Part shown: positions 1 to 5,795 of the stretch, one piece after another
Layout of the letters: every line of letters begins with the position of its first letter
How positions within the stretch are numbered: position 1 is the first letter of the stretch
Source: a virus
Direction: 5' to 3' (one strand)
Length of the DNA: 36,638 nucleotides
IMG/VR virus record: IMGVR_UViG_3300045988_109756
Location: 1 to 36,638 of that record
The notes under the pieces: generated by a model
What the model saw: only the letters and a program-made list of their open reading frames with translations
What the model was told of the DNA's origin: nothing
The model's database searches: none
Position numbers and translations under genes: made by a program

Positions 1-77
1 GTCCGCTAAAATTTGGGTTGCTTTGGGCGGCCCTAATGTGTGGATTGATACGGCGGAAAGGGCGGTAAAATTGGCAT
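1..77. repeat. 77-bp terminal overlap identical to 36562-36638 (closure of a circular contig)
   Basis: Read directly: gtccgctaaaatttgggttg...ggcggtaaaattggcat occurs at both window ends, and a CDS reads through the junction in frame. Confidence 0.9.
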
Positions 78-163
78 GGTGCACAGACCGTGAGGAATAT
101 ATGCTCGATGGGGATGTTTGCGAAGAAATCGACGACATAATGCAAGAAATTTATGAGGATTGA
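1..163 (+). CDS. 3' part of a junction-spanning hypothetical protein (5' part at 36401-36638; about 107 aa in total)
   Basis: The frame opened by ATG 36401 continues through the 77-bp overlap and ends at TGA 161-163. Position 1 is the third base of a codon. Confidence 0.6.
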   Translation, partial: SAKIWVALGGPNVWIDTAERAVKLAWCTDREEYMLDGDVCEEIDDIMQEIYED

Positions 164-177
164 AAGGAGAATAAACC

Positions 178-726
178 ATGAAAAACCAGTATTCTAAATT
201 CGTTAAATATCTCGAAAAGCAAGATAACATTTTTGTTCAGCGCTCCGGCGAGTCGGTTTATCTGACGGATGGGAAAGTTGTGCTAATGGTTCCTGTTGTC
301 CTCTATGATAACATGATTCGGCCGTTGTCTGGCCTACTGCCGGAACTAAAAGAGGATTGCACCGGGGAAAAACGTCTTTCCGATGTCCTGGTTACTGTTC
401 GCCCGGACGGAATGAATATTAAGAAAGCCGTGGACAATCTCAGCACGGAAAAGCCCATCAGGCAAAGCCGGTTTTTAATCGAGCTGCCGCCGAAAGGCAA
501 AAGCAAGAAGAACATCCCTTGCCGGATTTTTAGGGCTGACGGCGGCGACATTATCGCCGTGAATGAAATCTTTGTGGATATGTTCGCAAATTGCAATATT
601 GCTGATACCTGGACGGGTGCGGGCCGTTGGGATACCCCGCTTGTAAAGAGATCTGATGGTTTTATGATGGTTATGTTCCCCGTGAAGATTAACCCGGAAT
701 ATTTCGAGATTTGGAAAGAGGTGTAA
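178..726 (+). CDS. hypothetical protein, distant paralog of the ORF at 28831-29346
   Basis: 182-aa ORF with RBS aaaggag 7 nt upstream of the ATG. It shares SKFVK.L, VLM.P, C(V)RIF and FP motifs with the 28831 ORF. Confidence 0.65.
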   Translation: MKNQYSKFVKYLEKQDNIFVQRSGESVYLTDGKVVLMVPVVLYDNMIRPLSGLLPELKEDCTGEKRLSDVLVTVRPDGMNIKKAVDNLSTEKPIRQSRFLIELPPKGKSKKNIPCRIFRADGGDIIAVNEIFVDMFANCNIADTWTGAGRWDTPLVKRSDGFMMVMFPVKINPEYFEIWKEV

Positions 727-729
727 ACT

Positions 730-957
730 ATGAAATATTTTTGGATTGCTGCTATTGTGCAGGAAAACGGGCGGCATTATGCTTTTGCTTTCAGAGTATC
801 CGAAAACGACAATTTGAAATGCCGGTTAGACGGTGTACAAAATCTATCTTCTGCAAACATCATGCCCACAAAGAAAGCCGCCCGTGATCTTGTCACTTTT
901 TGGAATGATGGTTTCAAGGCAAACGGAACATATTTATTTGACAAGCCGGGTTTTTAA
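730..957 (+). CDS. hypothetical protein
   Basis: 75-aa ORF tightly packed after the previous stop, with an agaggtg RBS. Confidence 0.55.
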   Translation: MKYFWIAAIVQENGRHYAFAFRVSENDNLKCRLDGVQNLSSANIMPTKKAARDLVTFWNDGFKANGTYLFDKPGF

Positions 958-969
958 GGGGGTTGCAAT

Positions 970-1236
970 ATGAATATTGATAGCATTATGAAAGAGCTTG
1001 CGGAGTATATCCGCATGGGTGAACAGATCGCCGCCACGGTGGACGGCCTGAAAGACCAGTTAAAACAGATCATGCGAGAGCAGAACACGGACACCCTAAC
1101 AGGAACGCAGCACAAAGCCTGTTATAAGGCCGTTACAAGCTCCAGGATCGACACGAAAGCGTTAAAACAGGAATTGCCCGATGTAGCCGCCAAATACAGC
1201 AAGACGACGGAAACAAAGCGCTTTACATTCTCTTGA
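970..1236 (+). CDS. hypothetical coiled-coil protein resembling the C-terminal domain of the 27784-28827 exonuclease ORF
   Basis: 88-aa ORF with RBS aaggggg. The tail LTGTQHKACYKAVTSSRIDTKALKQELPDVAAKYSKTTETKRF aligns with IAGSAYNWEVSRTSTTKIDKDAMKADGILAKYTTTEDSYRI. Confidence 0.6.
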   Translation: MNIDSIMKELAEYIRMGEQIAATVDGLKDQLKQIMREQNTDTLTGTQHKACYKAVTSSRIDTKALKQELPDVAAKYSKTTETKRFTFS

Positions 1237-1266
1237 ATATTTGATATTTTAGTAGGGGGTGATAAT

Positions 1267-1344
1267 ATGATTCTGTTTTATATTCTAGCTATTCTGTTTT
1301 TCCCGGTTGCATGCATCCTAGAGGCGTCGAAAAATTTTAAATAA
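1267..1344 (+). CDS. 25-aa hydrophobic peptide (MILFYILAILFFPVACILEASKNFK)
   Basis: Strong RBS gggggtga 5 nt before the ATG. It has a single TM-like segment with a charged tail and is followed directly by a terminator. It is too short for the ORF track. Confidence 0.4.
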   Translation: MILFYILAILFFPVACILEASKNFK

Positions 1345-1359
1345 TCGTGTCCGGCAGCT

Positions 1360-1388
1360 GCCCCCGATCCCGGGGGCGGCTTTTTTTT
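1360..1388 (+). terminator. rho-independent terminator ending island cassette B
   Basis: GCCCCCG/CGGGGGC stem with a 4-nt loop, then a T8 run at 1381-1388. Confidence 0.8.
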
Positions 1389-1543
1389 GCGCTTTCGGCC
1401 TGATCGGGGCGGCGGGAATGGGTGCCGGGGGTGGGGGATATAGGCGCAGCGATCGACGCCGGGTAAGGGGCTAATGGCGATTTGCGTACAAAAAGGCATT
1501 TTTTGGCAGGCACTTCTGAAAAATCCGCAAAAATTAAAAAGGC

Positions 1544-1659
1544 AATTAACACATAAGTGTAATGAACCTCTATAAACTCTCTATAGGTTACATTTACTAC
1601 ATATAAGTAAACTACTACTAGAAAAAAGATAGACACCTCATTACAGTTATGTGTTAATT
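1544..1659. repeat. pair of 22-bp inverted repeats (21/22 complementary) flanking a 72-bp AT-rich core
   Basis: AATTAACACATAAGTGTAATGA at 1544-1565 versus TCATTACAGTTATGTGTTAATT at 1638-1659. Each arm is itself a partial dyad (ATTAACAC-ATAA-GTGTAAT). Confidence 0.85.
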
Positions 1660-1713
1660 TCAGACAGGGGTGGAGTAAAGTTAAATGAGTATCCCTCTTA
1701 TTTTATTCAGTCA

Positions 1714-1767
1714 ACTGAAAATATTTTGTACTTCTCTATTGACAACTGAATTATTTCAGTGTATCAT
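1714..1767 (+). promoter_or_regulatory. promoter A with operators (-35 TTGACA 1739-1744, -10 TATCAT 1762-1767)
   Basis: 17-nt spacer. The perfect palindrome ACTGAA-TTAT-TTCAGT (1745-1760) fills the spacer. An upstream 16-nt box ACTGAAAATATTTTGT lies at 1714-1729. The same 54-bp block recurs at 36092-36145. Confidence 0.75.
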
Positions 1768-1787
1768 ATCATCAAGAGGTGATTGGA

Positions 1788-2123
1788 ATGTATATCAACC
1801 AAGCCATTAGAAGCCTGATGAAAAGCAAAAACATTTCTCTTCTTTCGATGGCGAAATCTTTAGGTAAACAGCGTGGAAATGAAATCAGTTCCAGACTGAG
1901 AAGCGAAAATATGTCATTTAACAGCGCAGTAGAAATGTTAAATGTCCTTGGATATGAAATCGTTATTCAGGAAAGAAAAGCAGGGGTTCGTAGAGCCGAT
2001 CAAATTGTTATAGATCAGGCGGATGAAAGAAAATACGATCTTGCCGCTTTATTAGAAACAAATGAAGGTCAAAATACAAAAATTACTTCGATTGGTAAGA
2101 GCGGTAAAATACAGTTGAGGTAA
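1788..2123 (+). CDS. XRE-like helix-turn-helix regulator
   Basis: RBS aagaggtga precedes the ATG. The segment NISLLSMAKSLGKQRGNEISSRLRSENMSFNSAVEMLNVLGYEIVI matches an HTH_XRE pattern. It is the first gene after the operator-bearing promoter A. Confidence 0.6.
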   Translation: MYINQAIRSLMKSKNISLLSMAKSLGKQRGNEISSRLRSENMSFNSAVEMLNVLGYEIVIQERKAGVRRADQIVIDQADERKYDLAALLETNEGQNTKITSIGKSGKIQLR

Positions 2124-2127
2124 TTCC

Positions 2128-2469
2128 ATGAACGAGAAAGGAGAGATGAAGTTGAGTTGTGTAAATCGGGTTGTTCCGCACGATGAAGTCATCAAGAAAG
2201 ACGGTACTGTCGTTATTCCATCCATCTTCATGTTCAAGGGCGGAGCGGGAGAGTGCTATCCCTTCCTGAAAATGTGCGGGGACAATAACTGCATTGTTCA
2301 CTTCAAAAATGAAAATCTGACCATTTATCCTGATCGGCAAGATGACAGTGTATCCCTGAAACTTCTCATTTATCTTGCGATTGCAGGAAGTCATGAGTTT
2401 GGCGATGACTTCATTCGATACCTTGGTAACATGGAGAAAATGTCGTGGGAAGCGGTGAATGTTCAATGA
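2128..2469 (+). CDS. hypothetical protein, translationally coupled to the recombinase
   Basis: 113-aa ORF. Its stop overlaps the recombinase start in an ATGA arrangement at 2466-2469. Confidence 0.55.
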   Translation: MNEKGEMKLSCVNRVVPHDEVIKKDGTVVIPSIFMFKGGAGECYPFLKMCGDNNCIVHFKNENLTIYPDRQDDSVSLKLLIYLAIAGSHEFGDDFIRYLGNMEKMSWEAVNVQ

Positions 2470-3086
2470 AATACTTCCTTGGTCGTGTGTCCAGCAAGGA
2501 ACAGAACCTTGCTCGGCAGCTCAAGGTCGCTCGTGAGAAGTTCGATATTCCTGACGAGAATGTGTACTGCGACAAGATCACGGGAAGCAGCTTCGACCGT
2601 CCTCAGTACAATGCTCTGAAAGCCATTGTGCGGGAAGGTGATGAAGTCATCGTCAAGGAGTTCGACCGCTTTGGGCGCAATAAGGACGAAATGAAGCGAG
2701 AACTGGAATGGTTCAAGCGGAAAGGCGTGATCGTCCGTATCCTCGACATTCCGACCACGCTGATTGACTTCAAAGACCAGACATGGGTGCTGGAAATGGT
2801 CAACAACATTCTGATCGAAGTCCTTGGCGCTGTTGCCGAGCAGGAGCGCAAGAAGACCAAGCAGCGGCAGGCTGAGGGCATCGCCGCCATGCCGGTTGTC
2901 GATGGCAAGCGGGTGTCGGTGAAGACCGGCAGAGGGTTCGGCAGACCCGCTTCCGAGATTGATGACGAGCAATTTGAAAAACTCGCTCAAAAACAAAAAG
3001 ACGGTCTTATTACCGTGGCGGACTGCTGCCGGGAGCTTGGTATCAGCCGCTCTACATGGTATGACCGGGTAAGAAAGGTTGGTTAA
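2466..3086 (+). CDS. small serine recombinase (resolvase/invertase family) with C-terminal HTH
   Basis: The N-terminus YFLGRVSSKEQ carries the catalytic Ser. DRFGRN and the E-helix VAEQERKKTKQRQAEGI are present. The C-terminal HTH is CCRELGISRSTWYDRV. Confidence 0.85.
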   Translation: MKYFLGRVSSKEQNLARQLKVAREKFDIPDENVYCDKITGSSFDRPQYNALKAIVREGDEVIVKEFDRFGRNKDEMKRELEWFKRKGVIVRILDIPTTLIDFKDQTWVLEMVNNILIEVLGAVAEQERKKTKQRQAEGIAAMPVVDGKRVSVKTGRGFGRPASEIDDEQFEKLAQKQKDGLITVADCCRELGISRSTWYDRVRKVG

Positions 3087-3087
3087 A

Positions 3088-3729
3088 ATGCAAATAATTT
3101 CTAACATCTGTTCCTCTGTGGCCGCTCTCGAATTGATAGCTGCCCCTGTTCTCTTGGTGATTTGGATTATCCGAAAGATTAGAAAGAAGCCGAAATGGAA
3201 ATGGTTCAAGTGGTTTTGGATTTCCTTTGCGGCGGTTGTTGCAGTCGGTGTAATTACTTCTTCGAATACGTGGAATAAGCAGGACAAACCAGCAACAATT
3301 AACAGCTCAAACGAGGTTGTTGAAAATACAGAACCCGATAGTAGGCAAGATGGCAGCGGGGAGTCCGAAACTACCTCTGAGCAGGAAACCGAGAATGAAG
3401 AAGATACAGTAGGAACCGCTACTTTCGAGGAAATCTACAAAGCATACAAGGAAAACGAACTGGTTGCTGATGACTTGTATCAATACAATCGTTACCAAGT
3501 AACAGCTGAAATAAACAGTATGACCAATGACGGGTTATTCAATCTAACAGGTGGTGCTACTCTGACATTGGAGAAAAGAGTTGACAACACAATCGTATTC
3601 TTCTACGCCGAGTTTGAGAAAGAACAAGAGGAAAATCTCAAAGCCGTCAAGGTCGGTGACACAATCACCTTTATTGGCGAATGTATGAGTGCTGGGAGTT
3701 GGGTTGACTGTGAATTGATTGTGGAGTGA
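3088..3729 (+). CDS. two-TM membrane protein with acidic linker and C-terminal OB-fold (tRNA_anti-like) domain
   Basis: Two hydrophobic segments sit near the N-terminus. The C-terminal pattern YKENELVADDLYQYNRYQVTAEI...VKVGDTITFIGEC is typical of tRNA_anti-like OB folds. Confidence 0.6.
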   Translation: MQIISNICSSVAALELIAAPVLLVIWIIRKIRKKPKWKWFKWFWISFAAVVAVGVITSSNTWNKQDKPATINSSNEVVENTEPDSRQDGSGESETTSEQETENEEDTVGTATFEEIYKAYKENELVADDLYQYNRYQVTAEINSMTNDGLFNLTGGATLTLEKRVDNTIVFFYAEFEKEQEENLKAVKVGDTITFIGECMSAGSWVDCELIVE

Positions 3730-3746
3730 TATGTATAAGGCTAGCC

Positions 3747-3781
3747 GAGGGACTACCTCTTTCGAGATAGCCCCTCTTTTT
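3747..3781 (+). terminator. rho-independent terminator ending island cassette A, just upstream of terL
   Basis: A 13-nt stem with 11/13 paired (GAGGGACTACCTC / GAGATAGCCCCTC), loop tttc, then a T5 run. Confidence 0.65.
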
Positions 3782-3800
3782 ATCTGGAAAGGAAATGCAC

Positions 3801-5435
3801 ATGAATTATGAAAAACTCTCTGGATCTATCCGAGCCGTGATCGACCGCCGACCGAGAGATAATAGAGCGTACAGTGACCTCTTTTCTCTGTGCCGGGAGT
3901 GGGAAACCGAGGATTTCTCGGCGGCACATAAAGTGAACAAGGAGCTGCTGGCTCTTTCCGCAGATCAGGTAGTCCGTGGAGACGGGGCGAAGTTCTATGA
4001 ACAGTGGCGTCGGTGTCTGCTGTTTGAGGCTCCGTATGATTTTGATTCTTTTCTCTTATACATTGAGCTGAATCGAGAGGCAAACAAACGGTTTTACCCT
4101 CCACGCCGTAGAGTGTTGAAGCAGGTAGTGGACAAGCTGCAGATGCTGGCGGATGATAAATTGGATTTGTTGGCAGTAAGTCTTCCACCAGGTACGGGAA
4201 AGACGACGCTTGCCATCTTCTATCTGACGTGGCTGGCGGGGAGATTTCCAAATGAACCGATGCTAACCGGCAGTCATTCTACGTCTTTTGTTCGCGGTGT
4301 ATACGACGAATGTCTACGTATCTTTGATGCGAATGGTGATTATCTGTGGAATGACGTATTCCCGGGTGTTCGGGTTTCTAATACAAATGCAAAGGATTGC
4401 CGGATAGATTTAGACAAGCGGCAGCGTTTTGAGACGTTGGAGTTTACTTCAATCGGGACCGGCAATGCCGGACTTTACCGTGCGGCGCGATTGTTATACT
4501 GTGATGACCTTGTATCCGGTATTGAGGTCGCGCTTTCGAAGGAACGTCTTGATAAGCTGTGGGAAACATACACAACGGACCTGCGGCAGCGTAAGATTGG
4601 CGATCATTGTAAAGAGCTTCATATCGCTACAAGGTGGTCAATCCACGATGTAATAGGACGATTAGAGCGAGAATATGACGGGAGCGATAGGGCCTGTTTT
4701 ATTGCCATTCCTGCGACGAACGAAGACGGCGAGTCGAATTTTGACTATGCCTACGGTGTTGGGTTTTCCACACAGTTTTATAAAGAGCAGAGAAACATCA
4801 TGGATGATGTTTCGTGGAAGGCGTTGTACATGAATAAACCGATAGAGCGGGAGGGTCAGCTTTACAACGAAGACGAGTTGCGGCGATACTTCGAGTTGCC
4901 GGAAACCGCTCCTGACGCTATCATTTCTGTATGTGACACGAAGGACCGAGGCGCTGACTACTGCGTAATGCCGATCGCATATCAGTACGGGAATGATTAT
5001 TATATCGAAAAGATCATCTGTGACAATTCGAACCCCGAGGTGGTGGAGTCAAGGCTGGTTCAGGCGTTGGTAGATCATCATGTCTACGGTTCGAGATTTG
5101 AATCAAATTCTGCCGGAGGACGTGTTGCCGAGAACGTACAAAATGGTGTGAAGGCACAAGGCGGTAGAACTAGAATTACGACCAAATACACGACAGCTAA
5201 CAAAGAAACACGTATCATTCTAGCTGCCGGGTTCGTTAAAGAGCGATTCTTATTTAAGGACGATATTGTAATAAAACAGGATCGAGAATATAGGAAAGCT
5301 CTTGATTTTTTGTGCGGATATACGATGGCAGGCAAGAATAAGCATGATGACGTACCCGATGCGTTTTCAATGCTGGTCGATTACATTGACAGTTTGAGTG
5401 AGAATACGATCAAGGTAGTAAAAAGACCGTTCTGA
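3801..5435 (+). CDS. terL: terminase large subunit
   Basis: Walker A PPGTGKTT, Walker B LLYCDD and a C-terminal nuclease-like half. RBS ggaaaggaa precedes the start. An alternative ATG lies at 3795. Confidence 0.9.
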   Translation: MNYEKLSGSIRAVIDRRPRDNRAYSDLFSLCREWETEDFSAAHKVNKELLALSADQVVRGDGAKFYEQWRRCLLFEAPYDFDSFLLYIELNREANKRFYPPRRRVLKQVVDKLQMLADDKLDLLAVSLPPGTGKTTLAIFYLTWLAGRFPNEPMLTGSHSTSFVRGVYDECLRIFDANGDYLWNDVFPGVRVSNTNAKDCRIDLDKRQRFETLEFTSIGTGNAGLYRAARLLYCDDLVSGIEVALSKERLDKLWETYTTDLRQRKIGDHCKELHIATRWSIHDVIGRLEREYDGSDRACFIAIPATNEDGESNFDYAYGVGFSTQFYKEQRNIMDDVSWKALYMNKPIEREGQLYNEDELRRYFELPETAPDAIISVCDTKDRGADYCVMPIAYQYGNDYYIEKIICDNSNPEVVESRLVQALVDHHVYGSRFESNSAGGRVAENVQNGVKAQGGRTRITTKYTTANKETRIILAAGFVKERFLFKDDIVIKQDREYRKALDFLCGYTMAGKNKHDDVPDAFSMLVDYIDSLSENTIKVVKRPF

Positions 5436-5460
5436 TTTCTATATATTGCGGTTTTGAGTA

Positions 5461-5489
5461 TTGACATATACTACATGTTGTGGTATAGT
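5461..5489 (+). promoter_or_regulatory. strong sigma70-type promoter with extended -10
   Basis: TTGACA at 5461-5466, a 17-nt spacer, then TGgTATAGT at 5481-5489. Confidence 0.7.
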
Positions 5490-5510
5490 TAGCTTGAAGA
5501 AATAGAATGA

Positions 5511-5723
5511 TTTGGTGGTGGTACTACGAAGATTGATATTCTATGTCCTGCCTGTGCAGGCGTCAATATTAAGAGGAAGCTCATGGAATCGGATAGTGCT
5601 ACTACCGGGATTATTTATCCTTATTGCAAAGGGTGTAAACGGAACATTCCTATCATGCTTTGCGGGAACGGAACTTACATTTGTTACGATAAACCGTATA
5701 ATGTGAATGCCAAGTGCCTCTGA
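5511..5723 (+). CDS. Com-like / Cys-rich-KTR-like zinc-ribbon protein, start codon unresolved
   Basis: The open frame reads ..KIDILCPACAGVNIKRKL..YPYCKGCKRNIPIML..*. No ATG, GTG or TTG lies upstream of the first CxxC. The candidate start is ATT at 5532, 10 nt after ggtggtgg. This is not the frame listed in the ORF track. Confidence 0.4.
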   Translation, partial: FGGGTTKIDILCPACAGVNIKRKLMESDSATTGIIYPYCKGCKRNIPIMLCGNGTYICYDKPYNVNAKCL

Positions 5724-5745
5724 TGATTCAGAATAATAGTGCCAA

Positions 5746-5781
5746 GTGCGATTGACCTTTAGTGGTCAATCGCACTTTTTT
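5746..5781 (+). terminator. rho-independent terminator
   Basis: Perfect 12-bp stem GTGCGATTGACC/GGTCAATCGCAC, 6-nt loop, then a T6 run. Confidence 0.85.
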
Positions 5782-5795
5782 GTTTGGAGGTTAAT

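Noticed and set aside
1-77. Terminal repeat as a biological direct terminal repeat or cos-type end
   Set aside because: A length of exactly 77 nt and a gene reading through the junction fit an assembler overlap on a circular or permuted molecule better. This cannot be fully excluded without virion-end data.
1278-1636. Two minus-strand ORFs (73 aa and 99 aa) in the intergenic region upstream of promoter A
   Set aside because: They run through a terminator, the G-tract spacer (giving Pro/Gly-rich nonsense) and the inverted-repeat element. No RBS is present. The region is better explained as regulatory or structured DNA.
2463-3287. 274-aa minus-strand ORF. Similar long antisense ORFs occur at 7907-8776, 10715-11452, 22745-23473, 24429-25031, 25873-26355, 27760-28575 and 28840-29376
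   Set aside because: All are antisense shadows of well-supported + strand genes (recombinase, capsid, tail tube, helicase, polymerase, exonuclease). They lack RBS and start context and carry no recognisable motifs.
5512-5706. ORF-track frame MVVVLRRLIFYVLPVQASILRGSSW.. as the gene of the terL-portal moron
   Set aside because: It is hydrophobic and low in complexity, with no motif. The overlapping frame encodes a clean double-CxxC zinc ribbon, so the track ORF is considered the shadow frame, although it is the one with a conventional TTG/GTG start.
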